64,000 nucleotides of DNA from the human T2T-CHM13v2.0 reference genome, Homo sapiens. Under the pieces are notes generated by a model that was not told the origin of the DNA, did no database searches, and saw only the letters and a program-made list of their open reading frames with translations. Positions 27,764 through 42,676 of the stretch are shown piece by piece. A program made the translations under genes and the position numbers. The DNA lies in the NCBI RefSeq assembly GCF_009914755.1, contig NC_060925.1; one strand, written 5' to 3'. The number at the start of each line of letters is the position of its first letter. Position 1 is the first letter of the stretch.

Positions 27764-28612
27764 GTGATATTGTGAAATATATATTTGTTCCTCATCCCTG
27801 TCTCCCTGCATACAACTTTTAAAATCCTTGCAGTCTCCAAAATGTTAACTGCCTTTTTGTATGCTAATGAGTTGACTAGCGGCTGTCAGCCCCTAGATGG
27901 CTTCAAGATGGGGCTGGTCACTGGAAAGACCAAGGCATGATTAGAGGGTTGAGGCTTTCAGCCTCAACTAGTGCTGAAGGTTAAGTTGGTTGCCAGTGGT
28001 CAATGATTTAATCAATTATGCCTATGTAATGAAGCCTCCTTATAATCCCAAAAGGACAGAGTTTGGGAGCTTCCAGAAAGCTGAACTTGTGGAGGTTTCT
28101 GGAGGGTGACAAACCCAGGGAGAGCATGGAAGCTCCACAAGCCTCCCCCCTGACCTCCCCTTAAACATGTCTTCATCTCTCTCTTTTGTAATATCCTTTA
28201 CAGTAAACAAAAAGTGTTTTTCTAAGCTCTGTGAGCAGCTCTAGCAAATTAATTGAACCCAAGGAGGAGGTCCTGGGAACCCTGATTTATAGCTCCTAGG
28301 TCAGAAGCACAGGTGAAAAAAACCCTGGGGCTTGCTATTGGCACCAAAATTAGAGAGCAATGTTGTGAGACTGAGCCCTCAACCTATGGGATCTGATGAT
28401 AGGTATGATAGACTGAGCCCTCAACCTATGGGATCTGATCTCCAAGTAGATAGTGGCAGAATTGGGTTGAATTAGAGGACACACATCTGGTGTCTGCTGC
28501 AGAAATGATTACTTGCTTGATGTGTCAGAAAATCCCCCCAAGCTCCATCTGGTGTCAGAAGCATGTTGTGAGTGCACAGTAGGAAAAATTGAATTTCTTT
28601 CTTCAATTCAGT
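27764..28612 (+). mobile_element. MER21-like solo LTR
   Basis: tgtgatattgtgaaatatatatttg...gagctctagcaaattaattgaacccaaggaggaggtc-like core. Confidence 0.72.
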
Positions 28613-28616
28613 AATA

Positions 28617-29119
28617 CAGTTGACCCTTGAACAACAGAAGTTTGAACTGCGTGGGTCCATTTTAGCTCAGATAGTTTTCAGTAAAGGTTATACCTAGTGC
28701 ACCTGCCTCTCCGTCCTCCCCTTCCACCTCCTCCACCTCTTCCGCCTCTGCCACCTCTGACACAGCAAGACCAACTGCTCCTCTTGCTCCTCCTTTCCAG
28801 CCTATTCAACATGAAGACTATAAGGATGAAGACCTTTATGATGATCTACTGCCACTTAATGAATAGTAAAGACATTTTCTCTGCCTTATGATTTTCTTAA
28901 TAACATTTTCCTCTAGCTTACTTTATTGTAAGAATATAGTATAAGATACATATAACATACACAATATGTGTTAATTGACTTTTTACACTATCAATAAGGC
29001 TTCCAGTCAACAGTAGGCTATTAGTAGTTAAGTTTTTGAGAAGCCAAAAGTCTTGTGTGGATTTTCAAGAGTGTTGGGTATTGCTGCTCCTAACCTTCAT
29101 GTTATTCAAGGGTCAACTG
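28617..29119. mobile_element. Tigger2a/MER8-family DNA transposon
   Basis: TIRs cagttgacccttgaacaaca / tgttattcaagggtcaactg with TA TSD on both sides. Confidence 0.88.
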
Positions 29120-30912
29120 TATAATGTAGCAGCTGTGGATACTAATTCCCTTCACCCTCTCTCCAGGTCTTGTTTTTGTTGCTGTTTGCTCATTTGTATG
29201 GTGATTTGTTAGACTATTTTAGAGAAATCTATTTCCTTCACCAAGTGAAGCCTTTGAAGCCTTTGGTGTCACACCTTAGAAGGTTCAGGCTTGGCCTTGC
29301 ACACAACCCCCTGGGATGACATGGTTTTAGCACAGCTCTCTTTAACTGTCTCTTTCCGTGATCTCTCTGATAAGCTGTCTGCTTCATTTGACATCACACC
29401 AAGTAATTGCTGGCTGATTGCTCTATTATTTTTGCTTATGCCCTGGGGCATATCTTGCTCCACAGTCTACTCCAATTAATTTCAGGCAGGGGTAGTTTTG
29501 GGACTATCTTTAAGGCTTGTTCTGACCCAGGAGGGGTCCTGTTAACTTTCTTTTTTCACAATTCTCTCTGATAAACTCCATGGCCTATGGTTTAGCTTGT
29601 TGCTCTTAATGAACAGCATGGTTTTTGAGACTGTTCTGAGGCTTGCACGTCACCACACTTTCACATAAAATCAGTTCCTTTGGTGACATCTTTGGAACTC
29701 TCTGTTCCTGTGAAATATCTTTCCCTCTGGCCAAAATATTTGAGCCATATGTTGAGTGTTGGGTGGGATGGCAACTTCTAATCTTCTTGGCTTGCCTCTC
29801 CCAGAGTGGAATCTCTGCTCTCCAAGTGAGCTCATGTGAGGACAGTTGGGAAACCAGGATTCTTCCTGGGATAGAGCCTCCACCCTGTGAGTAGAGCCTG
29901 GATGGAGGAAAGGAGACTTTGACCTCTTGGTCACACTCACCAGAAATTTAGCCTCTTAAATGTGGAGTTGGAAGAGATAAGAAATGCTAGTGTCCTGTGT
30001 CACCCAGTGAAATACCATATCCCATGGTTGCGAGCTGAGGGAACAGCTTTGTCTTTTTGTCCAAATCTGTCTGGAGTGGAGTTTCTGCCAAGCTGAGTTG
30101 GGATTGGGGGTGGGGATGTAGTGAGGAAGATTGCAAGGATTTCAGGAGTTGTATGCAGGGAGACAGGGAGTAGAACATAGCTCAAATGTCATGGACTCTT
30201 GCTGTTTTTACCAAGATTTAGTAGGTTTAAAAAATAAATAAATAAAGATGGCTTCTTTTGCTATATGTGCTTAAGACAATTTCCAGACGCTTTAAATGTG
30301 TTTGTTTTCCAAATAGTTTTTTTTCTTCTTAACGAGTTATGCTTGTTTCCCAGGAGACTGGGTTCAGAGCTCCTCACACTGCCATCTTGTAAGTTGGTAA
30401 TATTTCACAAAGCTGATCACAAATCCTTTTTGAAGTTTTTCTTTCTGATTGGCCCATGTTAACATCACACATCTAAATTCACATTTTTTATCCCATAGGC
30501 TTTAAATACATTTTTTCCCCCAAATTTCTGTCTCTCGACCCATCCTATTCTTAGAACTCCACTTGTATATATCCTGCTGCTTAGCCGTTGCCTCTTCTTG
30601 GATGTCTAAAAGACATCTCAACTGGACACAGCCCAGATGAAGTTCTGGATTCACTCCCACCAGTGAATTTTCTCTTCCTTCAGTCTTTTTAGTAAAGAGC
30701 AACAGCATCTGGAAATTACAGGTCTCCCTTTACCAAGTCACTCTGAAGTTGCAATATCATGAATGTATTGGTATCATTAAGAGTTATTCAGTAAGTTTTT
30801 GAAGAATGAATGAATGAATTATTCCCATTTTATAGATGATGAAATGGAAGCTTAGAGAGATCAAATAAATTGCTGGATTTGAATCCAGCCTGAGAAGCAA
30901 TTATTATTATTA

Positions 30913-31044
30913 TTTTCTTCCTCTTATCCTTCTTCTTCTTCTTCTTCTCCTCCTCCTCCTCCTCCTCCTCCTCCTCCTCCTCCTTCTTCTTTCTTCTTCT
31001 TCTCCTTCTCCTTCCCCTTCCCCTTTTCCTTTTCCTTCTCCTTC
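30913..31044 (+). repeat. (CTT)n/(CCT)n polypyrimidine tract
   Basis: About 130 bp of almost pure C/T triplets. Confidence 0.92.
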
Positions 31045-31045
31045 A

Positions 31046-31376
31046 GGGGTTCAAGACCAGCCTGGCCAACATGGTGAAACCCTGTCCCTACTAAAAAATA
31101 TATATATACAAAAAATTAGCTGGTGTAGTGGCGGGCCTCTGTAATCCCAGCTACTCAGGAGGCTGAGGCAGAGAGCTGCTTGAACCTGGGAGGTGGAAGT
31201 TGCAGTAAGCCAAGATCATGCCACTGCACTCCACCCTGCGTGACAGAGCGTGACTCTGTGTCAAAAAAAAAAAAAAAAAAAGGAAGGAAGGAAGGAGAAA
31301 GAAAGAGAAAGAAAGAAAGAAACAAACAAAGAAAGAAACAAAGAAAGAAAGAAAGGAAGAAAACAAAGAAGGAGAG
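31046..31376 (+). mobile_element. 5'-truncated Alu with an expanded A/(GAAG)/(GAAA) tail
   Basis: ggggttcaagaccagcctggccaac... then ~115 bp purine tail. Confidence 0.88.
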
Positions 31377-33938
31377 AAATTAGCTCACATGTTTGTGGAG
31401 CCTGGCAAGTGTGAATTGTGCAGGGCAGGGCAGTAGGCTGCAGACCCAGAGAAGAGCTGCTGTTGCAGATAGAGTCCGAAGGCAGTCTGGAGGTGAGAGA
31501 TCCAAGATCAACAAGATCAAGGTGTCTGCAGAGCTGGTTTCTCCTGAGGCCTTTCTCCCTGTCTTGTACTGTGTCCTAATATAGTTTTCCCTCTCTATGT
31601 GTCTGTGTCTACATTTACTCTTATGAGGTAATTAAGGTAAAATGAAGTCATATCAGCCCACCCATATGACCTCATTTTTCCTTATCGCCTCTGTAAAGGC
31701 CCTATCTCCAAATACAGTCCCATTCTGAGGGGCTGGGAATTAGAACTTCAACAGATAAATTTGAGGGGTACAAAACTTAGTCCATAAAAAACAACGCAGC
31801 CCATAACAGAGTGCCATATATTTAGTATGTCAAGTAGATCTGAGAAGGGAAAACTGGAGCCATTGAGGAAAAGATTTTTTTTTTAATCAGCTTTTCTAGC
31901 AAGAATAAAGAGGACTGGGGTATGTGAGAGGAACCGCTCAATCTCCAAACAGCACAACTGGCTGTGGAAAGCAAAGAACAAGAGGTTCATTAGGGCAGAA
32001 TGCTGAGTCAGCTGGGAGATTCTGGGCCACCCACAGGAAAGGAAACATGAGGAGATTGGTGCTCGGTTTTGGACAGGCAACGTCTGCAGTTCTGAATGGT
32101 GGAAAAAGTTACAGGTATCCAACGAGCAAATTCCAGGTGGAGCTGGAATTTGAGACAGAAGTCGGACTTGGACAGAGATTCTGGAGTCATCGGAATTTTG
32201 GTGATCGTTGAAGATGTTAAATAGCTCAGGGAAAGAATGTAAAGAGAAAAACACTGAGGAAAGCTCTTTTGGAAAGAGTAAAAAGAACCAGAGGAGATGC
32301 AAAGAGGAATGATAACTTGTGGGTAAGAAAGACTCAGAAAGTAGAAAGCAGTGAAGATCACATCAAACTTCTCAAATACTTTTCTTAATTCATAGCAAAA
32401 ATTTTTGGGCTAATATTATCTAAGAATTATGCCACTCCCTGGAGCTATCAGCACTTAATGTCCCCGCTAAGTGGAAGTGGGAAGAGAAGCTAGGTGTGCA
32501 TCGGGTTTATTAAAAGCAGCAGCCCTATGGAGCTCCACCTACCTACAAAATCCCAAGGGGGCAATGTCAATCCAGAAATATGACACCATGATTTAGATCA
32601 TGCTATCACTCCTTACTTTTTCTCCTTCCTGTTCTTTTCTCAAGTGTACAGAGAGAGCGAGCATACTGCACACACCATATTTAAAATTCCCCATTCCCCA
32701 AAACTATAGGTCAGAGAACCAATATTTTATTTGATCATCATTTGACCTCAGACATAGTGATTAATTTTCCAGGCCTCAGTGGCCACCTTGCCCCACCCCA
32801 TCTGCTGCCTACAGATGGCTGCAGGATCTCTGTCAGCAATGTCATGTCCCTCCTGGTGTTAGTCTAGCCTGGCAGTAGTTGCTTAGTAGCAAGAGATACT
32901 GCTACGTCACATCTATAAAAATAGCCAAAATCTGGACTACTGACAAGGACCCAGGAGTTACAATTTTATCACTCTAAATGTCAAAAAGCCAGAACATATT
33001 CTAATATACCCTCTCCAAAAAGTTTTAGTGTATTCTATTAAGAAATGTTTTCTACAGAAAATACAAATTTAAATGTATTGCATAAATCTATAGGAAAATG
33101 TTATTTGTTTGAAAAAAAGATTCTGTCAAAAGACCAATAAGTTTTTTTACTTACATTTGATCATGTGAGCCATAGTGACCCATGGTTGTGTAAAAACTGG
33201 AAAAATGTGTAGGTCTTATTGCTTAACAGGTATTGAATTTTTCAAATAGCCAAGTCTTTTTCTCTGAAACAGGCAGGCATTTATAGAACGGCAAACATGA
33301 TTTCGTGAATTTGGTAATAATTGTTCCTCCCATCTCTTTATCACCCAAACTCAACATATCTGTTTGCAAACATGAAAGACTCCTGTGGAACCCTTTGGGC
33401 TGGGTTTCTGCTGTCTTCTTTCTGATCACTAGATGGCACTCCATTCATATTACTTCACAGACAAGGAAGCCCAACACAGCGGATTATTTGAATTGCAGCC
33501 GAATTTATAGCCTTAGAAGAAAAGAGCATAATAACAGTGGAAGTGATTTAGAAAGATACTGGAAAGATGAGGGGAGCAAAGGAAGTGGTTTTTCAGTAAT
33601 ATTTATACAGAAACAACAGGGAGGTGTTTATAAACGTATCTTTTCTGTACATCTGTTCTGAGTAGGGAAGGAGTTTCCCAGCTAGGTTAGATCTCCAAAT
33701 TCAGCCTAGGTGGAAGTGAACCAAAATGTTTCAAGTAGTAGGTGGCCCATCACCCTCAGACAGAGGATGAAAGCGGACTTCCCTGCTGCACTCAACAACC
33801 CATCTAAAAATAGTACCTGCTTAAGAAATGTCCTCTAATAGTCATTTTATAAATGAAAACTGGTCACAGGCTGTGTCTTATACTGGACACTGGGAGCACA
33901 CAACACACACTCTCAACACGCTATTTACTCAGTGGCAA

Positions 33939-34644
33939 TGTGTCTGGAATTAGTTCCTTCCGGTGGGTTCTTGGTCTCTCTGACTTCAAGAACGAAGCCG
34001 CAGGCCCTCGCGGTGAGTGTTACACTTCTTAAAGATGGTGTGCCCGGAGTTTGTTCCTTCAGATGTTCAGATGTGCCCGGAGTTTCCTCCTTCTGGTGGG
34101 TTCATGGTCTCGCTCACTTCAGGAATGAAGCCGCAGACCTTCGCAGTGAGTGTTGCAGCTCTTAAAGGTGCCGCCTCTGGAGTTGTTTCTTCCTCCCAGA
34201 GGGTTCGTGATCTCGCTGACTTGAGAAGTGAAGCTGTAGACCTTCACAGTGAGTGTTACAGCTCATAAAGGTAGTGCGGACCCAAACAGTGAGCAGCAGC
34301 GAGATTTACTATGAAGAGTGAAAGAACGAAGCTTCCACAGCATGGAAGAGAACCCGAGCGGGTTGCCGGTGCTGGCTCTAGTGGCCAGCTTTTATTCCCT
34401 TATTTGGCCCCGCCCACGTCCTGCTGATTGGTCCGTTTTTACAGCGTGCTGACAGGTGTGTTTACAAATCTTTAGCTAGACACAGAGTGCTGATTGGTGC
34501 GTTTTTACAGAGTGCTGATTGGTGCATTTACAAACCTTTAGTGAGACACAGAGCACTGATTGGTGTGTTTATAGTCCTTTAGCTAGACAGAAAAGTTCTC
34601 CAAGTCCCCACCCGACCCAGAAGCCCAGCCGGCTTCACCTCCCA
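33939..34644 (-). mobile_element. LTR12-family (HERV9) solo LTR
   Basis: tgtgtctggaatt...gggttcttggtctc...gaagccgcagacc repeats, repeated gctgattggt (CCAAT) boxes, end ggcttcacctccca. 4-bp TSD gcaa at 33935-33938 and 34645-34648. Confidence 0.93.
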
Positions 34645-34735
34645 GCAAGAGATACCCCTACTTCACATCTATAGGCACAGCCAAAAACTGGTTACTGACA
34701 AGGACCCAGGAGATACAATTTTATCACTCTAGATA

Positions 34736-35050
34736 TCACACACACATACACACCACACAAACACACAAAAGACACACACAATGCATAATATCCATAACAC
34801 ATATACATAACACACACCTATACACACACTTATGCACACACCATGAAAACACACAGAACACACTCACAATGCACACTTATACACACAACACAGTCATAAC
34901 ACACGTAAACACAAACACACACATAATACACACTTATATGCACAATGTATACGTAAACACATACAATACACAAACTTATAACACACTTATACACACCCAG
35001 TATACACAACACATAAATACTCATACACATACACTCACATACACTCACAC
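34736..35050 (+). repeat. Degenerate (CA)n/(TA) low-complexity tract
   Basis: About 315 bp of imperfect CA repeats. Confidence 0.88.
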
Positions 35051-35299
35051 CCCAATATCAAGATTATTTAGCTTACCAAAATGATTCACTTTCAAAGGAG
35101 GATAGCACTTAAAATGACAGAGGGTGGAGAAGGGACTCCTTAGACAACAAGTCTCCTTCGCCTCTGGTCATCATCTCCTGCTTACAGAATATGGAAATTT
35201 TTCTCACTAACAGAAGACTAACAAAATTAAAGAATGCATTAATATTTTATGTAGTTTAAAGATGGCAATCTGTCTTGTGCATCATAAAAATATATGTGA

Positions 35300-35736
<437 letters not shown>

Positions 35737-36104
35737 CTGAAGGTTCTTTATAAAGCGTGTCCAGTGTTATAACAAGGCCTGTTACATTTGGTGTCCAAGG
35801 ATGTGTGAATTGGTGGCATCACTGTTTTCCATCCCAACACCCCATGTCTTACTGATCCAGGTCTGACAGTGCGTCAGTTCTTTTGATTCCGTTATATGTC
35901 ATGCAGAATTTCATAATTATTAACAGTAATGCAAAACAACACAATTCTTCTTTTAAGGTAAAGACAGGTATTGGCTTTATACATGGTTATTATGCCTGAG
36001 GATACTCACTTTCCTGGGACCAATATCACATATTAAAGATCCATAAGCACACACTCCCTCCAAAATAAATAAATAAAAAATTGAGAGGAAATGAGGTTAC
36101 ATAA

Positions 36105-36412
<308 letters not shown>

Positions 36413-39177
36413 AACTACCTTTTAAATGTGACATTTTGTCCACACATCTCACTATCCACTGAAATGGACTGAAATAACAGTACTGCTGTGTTCTATACGA
36501 TAATTACAAAAGAGATAAATCTAAATTGATAAAATATGGACATGGCAGTAAAGCACAAAATAATGTGAAATTATATCACCTAGAGATAAACACTGTTAAC
36601 ATTTTAACATTTTGGTCTACTTTTTTCCATTTTCTTTCTCTATGTATATAGTTACAAGAATAGGCGTCTAAAAGCAAAACATACTGCTCTTGTTTTTCAT
36701 GCAGCCATCTATGGAGAACATTGCCATTGTCAATCAACATTTTTCTACAACAAGAGTTTTAATGGCCATATGGTACCCTATCTTATGGTTGTATCATAAC
36801 TTAGCATTTATCACCATTGTATAAAACAGTCTGATAAGCATTCTTTTTCCGCTTCTTGCAATTGTTGAGTCCAGATCTAAGTCAGATTGCCTGGATTCAA
36901 ATTTTCACAGTGTTATGACCCTACTAAGTTCTGTGTCTTTGGGTGAGTTTTATAAACTCCAAAAGCCTCATTTTGCTAAGATGATATAACAATAATAATA
37001 GTATCTATCTTATACAGTTCAAATGGGGATTAAATAAGAAAATGCATGCCTGGCACAATCCCTGGCACACAGTAAGCCATCAGTCAATATTAACCATTAC
37101 TATGATTAAATATCTATCTGCTTACATCAAATATTACCTTTGGATAGATTCCCATGCATGATAATTACTTGGTCAAGGGTATGTGCAGTTATTGATACCT
37201 ATTTAAAAGTTATCCCTTTAATGTTAAAAAGTGAGTGACACTTAACACTTTGGGGGCACTGACTTCTTTGAGTATTCAATGGAATCCATGGGCCTTCTCC
37301 CCTAGAGAAAAATATTTATGTACGCAAAATTTCGATACCATTTTGGGTGATCCATGGAACCCCTAAAGTCCGTTTATGGATCATTTAATATTTCTTGGAT
37401 CTCACATTAAGACACACTGATTTCAGTGGGTAATCAACTACCTTTTCCATGTTGTAATATATTTATAGGGAATTGTATCTATATTTATTGTCTGAGGACA
37501 TTTATACAGCATCAACATTTCCTTTGGTCATGCAGTCCCATCAGTGATATTTTCCTCTTAATTTCAGATGGGCTTTTTATGACAATAGAAAATGAGATCA
37601 ATAACTTTACATTATGTATAAGTATTCAAATCATGGCACTTAAACTTTTTTTCTATTTGTTTTCCACCAGTTAGGGGTGCCTAGAACCTTTCTTGAAACC
37701 AAATGGTCAGAAATTAGAGCTTTCTAAGAAATGAATTGAGGTCCCATATTTTCTAACTTTTTTTTCAGCTGTAAAACCTTTTTATAAAATGAAATCTTTG
37801 GTAAGGCAAATAAATTTTTAAATGCTTTTTTTAATCAGTAAAAATATTAGATATGTAAAATTACAACATGTATCTTTTATAAAACTGATGAGTGAGAACT
37901 ATGTCTTTTTTAAAGAACATAACATTTTAAATTGAATTAGTAAATAAAAGTTGTGGTATTAAATTAGTAATAACACACAATTTATTTCAGTAGTTTTTGG
38001 TTAAACCAGAATTGAGAAAATCCTCATTCAAACATAAGTAACAACGAATGGGAAGATTTTGCCAAAAATTAGCTTTGCAATCTCAAAACACATTTTAAGT
38101 TGGCTTACCAGAATGAAAAAGGAATAAGAATTATTTTTCTTTAGATTTGATGTATTAATTATATCTAATGATTGATGCATTTCATATCATAAATATAAAA
38201 GTCAGCAAGAAACCTAAAACTTACAATAAGTGCCGAAGTTATCATACTTTCTATTTTCTCAAATTGTGCTGCTGAACCTTATCTTTAACGAGAGCATGAG
38301 CCATGCAGAGACTCACCTTTCTCTAGCAATTATTTGAGAATAAAGCATGTGTACCAGAGTAATAACTTGCACATGCAATTTTATGTAAGAAGTTATGCAG
38401 AAATCTGTTTTTTAGATACAAAGTACAGGACTTTACTCTTCAAATGGTACAACAATTATAATAAATTCAAGAACAGATACATAGATGACAGGAGACGTTT
38501 GCTACCAAGCGCAAAATAAGCTAACTTACATAGGTGGTCTCCAAACTCCTGTTGAGTTTTTGGCTAAATCCCAATTTGCACGTGCATTGGAAAAGTCTCC
38601 AAGGAGGCCAGAGGAACAAACAACTTCCAAGGAGATAGCACTTGCTGGGAGCTGTAGGCCTACTCATCCCAGACACACAAGGTTATGAGCTGTTTACATT
38701 CACCAAGCTATAGTAGAGAGACCTTACTGAAAAGAAGATAGTCAGTAGAGACCCCAGAAGGGCCATCTACTAAGAGAGGAGCTAAGCCAGCCCCTGAATA
38801 AAGGCTACTATAGATCCACTGTAAAAATGATTAAAAATGAGTCTCTAAAGGACCAAACACATCTGCAAATAATGAAGTGGCCTGCCAGGAAAAAGCCCAA
38901 TATTGCTTAAATAAATGCAACAAAATTTAGAATTCATCAATGTAAAATTCACAATGTCCAGCACCAACAACAAAAATTAGTGGGTATGCTAAGAGCAGGA
39001 AAATACAACTCATTATTACCAAGAGAAAAAAATAATCTGTAGAAATAGATTCATAGATGACAGAGATGATAGAATCAGAAAATGAAAGTTAAAAAGCTGT
39101 TATGAAAATGCTCAAATATTTAAAAGAAAACATGAGCATAATGAGAACAGAAATGGCAGATATAAAAAACACAATGG

Positions 39178-39555
<378 letters not shown>

Positions 39556-39688
39556 TTAAGGGGTTAATACCCAGAATACATAAAGAACTCCTGCACTCAA
39601 CAAAAACAATATACTGACAATTTATTTTTTATAATGGGCAAAGGAGGAGAATAGACATTTCTCCAAAGAAGAACACAAAATGCCAACT

Positions 39689-39978
39689 GGCCAGGTGTGG
39701 TGGCTCAGGTTTGTAATCCCAGCACTTTGGGAGTCCAATCCAGGTGGATCAATTGAGTTCAAGACCAGCCTAGGAAACATAGCAAAACCCCATCTCTACC
39801 AAAAATACAAATACAAATTAGCCAGGCCTGGTGGCGTGTGCCTGTGGTCTGAGCTACTTGGGAGCCTGAGGCTGCAGCCAGGAAGCTGAGGCTGCAGTGA
39901 GCCATGATTGCACCATTGCACAACAGCCTGGGTGACAGAGCAAGACCCTGTATCAAAATAAATAAATAAACAAAAAAC
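39689..39978 (+). mobile_element. AluJ, internally deleted
   Basis: Degenerate dimer with gaggctgcagtgagccatgattgcacc. Confidence 0.82.
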
Positions 39979-41840
39979 AAATGGTTAATAGGCACATGAA
40001 AAGATACCTAATGTCATTCATCATTAGAGAAATATAAATCAAAACCATAAGATATCACTTTGCAAAAACTGGGATGGATATTATAAGCAAGCAAACAAAA
40101 AATAACAAGTGTTGGCAAGGATGTAGAGAAACTAGGAAACTTGTGCACTCCTGGTAGGCAATGGTGCAGCCACTGTGGAAAACAGTATGGCAATTCTTCA
40201 GAAAATTAAAAATAGAATTACTATATGATCCTGCAACTCCACTTCTTGTTATATTCACAAAATATTTGAAAGCAGGGACTTGAACAGATATTTGTACACC
40301 CATGTTGATGCCAATGTTATTCATGATAGGCAAGGAGTGTAAGCAACCCAAGTGTCCATAGATGGATGAACGTATAAACAAAATGTGATATATCCATACA
40401 ATGAAATATTATTCAGTCCTAAAAAGGAAGGAAGTTCTGAAACATGCTCTAACCTGGATGAAACTTGAAGACATTTAGTTAAGTAAAAGAAGGCTGTCAC
40501 AAAATAACAAATACTGTATGATTCCACTCTTAAGATATTTCTAAAGTAGCAAAATCCACAGAAACAGAAAGTAGAATGGTGGTTGCCAAAGGCCAGAGGG
40601 GAGGAGGAAATGGGGAGTGAGTGTTTAATGAGCATAGAGTTTTAATTTGGGATCATGAAAAAGTTCTGGTGGTGGATAGTGGTGATGATTGGACAGCAAT
40701 GTTTAAAACCATTGAACTATACTCTTAAAAATGGTTAAAATGCTAACTTTTTTGGTTATGTATATTTTACCACAACTAAAACAAAGTACAACATAAAATG
40801 TCTAAAGGTGGAAAATACAATAATCTAACTTGAAAAATATATTGAATTGGATTAACAGTCAATTAGGATGTAGAGAAGAAACGATCAGTGAACTTGTATT
40901 TATGGCAATAGGAGCTATCAAAGAGAGAAAATACCAGAAAAAATAGAGCCTCCATGACAGTATCAAGGAGCCTACCATGTAAATGGAGTCCCAGAAGTAA
41001 GAGAAATGAGAGGACAGAAAAAAATATTTGAGAAAAAAATGGGCCGAAATAAAGGCTTTTTCAAACAAACGAAAGCAGAGAGAAATCACTAGCAGATCTG
41101 CACTACAAGAAACATTAAAGCAAGTTGTTCACTGAAAGGAAACCAGGTGAAAATATGAATCCTTAGAAAGATATGAAGAGCATCAAAGATAGTAAGTCTC
41201 TTGCAAATAACCCATATATTAAAAACATTTTTCTCATTCAAAAAAACTTTTGAAAGGTTATTTACCCTTTAAAGTAAAAATAATAAAGTTTTATTTTAAA
41301 ATGTTTTTGTTATACATTTTACTTCTACATGTTTTGTAAAGGTTTCACAAAACATATAGAAGTGACATGTATAACAATGATAGTGCAAAGGATTACAAGA
41401 AGAAATGGAATTATAAAGTTATAAAGTATTTAGATTAAATGTGAAGGGGTATAATATTATTTAATTATAGACCTTGAAAATTTAAACACGCATATAGCTA
41501 ACCATGCAGTTATCATTATGAAAGTAAAACAAAGAGGTATAACTAATAAAACAATAGCTGCAATAGTCGAATACTAAATATCAATCAATTAATTCAACAA
41601 AAGGCAGAAAAAGAAAAAAAAAACAAAAAGGAAGAGAATACAGATTTATTTTAACCATACTGATATTTGCAATAAATAGAAATATTCAAAACGTATTAAA
41701 AACAGAGATTGTTAGTCTGGATTTAAAAAAGTAAGTCTTCCTGAAAGGAACCCAGTTGAATAAAGATCTGTTACACAAATATAAGGATGCTGGAGGAACT
41801 GCAATAATACAAGCAAAGTAAACTTTAAAACAAGCGATGT

Positions 41841-42160
<320 letters not shown>

Positions 42161-42261
42161 TGAAACAAGGGATGTTATCAGGAATGAAGGGAGACATTCC
42201 ATAATAATAAAGGAAACAATTCATGGAAAAGACATAAAAATCCTAATTATGTATGTGTCTT

Positions 42262-42676
42262 TGATATCCTTTGAATATTTGTCCCCTCCAAAACTCATGT
42301 TGATGTTGGATTCCCAGTGTTGGAGTTGGTGCCTGATGGGAGCTGTTTAGGTCATGGGGGTGGATCCCTCAGGAATAACTTCGTGCCACCTTGTGGTAAT
42401 GAGTGAGTTCTCACTCAATTCATTTCCACTAGAACAGGTTGTTGAAAAGAACCTGGCACCTCTTCCCCCGTCTCTCTACCTCTCTCTCTCCATATGATGC
42501 TTGCTCCCCTTCACCTTTCACCATGAGTGGAAGCAGCCTGAAGCCCTCCCCAGAAGAAGATGCTGGTGCCATGCTTCTTGTACAGCCTGCAGAACTGTGA
42601 GCCAAATAAACCTCTTTTCTTCATACATTACCCAGCCTTATGTATTCCTGTATAGCAACACAAATGAACTAAGACA
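42262..42676 (+). mobile_element. MSTB-like MaLR solo LTR
   Basis: tgatatcctttgaatatttgtcccc...cagcctgcagaactgtgagccaaataaacctc...gaactaagaca. Confidence 0.85.

Larger units (their letters stand above)
27070..30420 (-). mobile_element. Old L1 fragment (L1M) interrupted by an LTR and a Tigger
   Basis: T-rich antisense L1-like text (tttgagaagttttcagccattatatcttcaaatatt) resumes after the nested insertions. Confidence 0.55.

Noticed and set aside
28697-28891. Pro/Leu-rich ORF
   Set aside because: Low-complexity interior of the Tigger2a element.
33990-34270. Spaced repeats (gaagccgcagacc...gtgagtgtt) superficially like an array or CRISPR
   Set aside because: These are the normal internal tandem repeats of LTR12; the DNA is eukaryotic and no cas genes are present.
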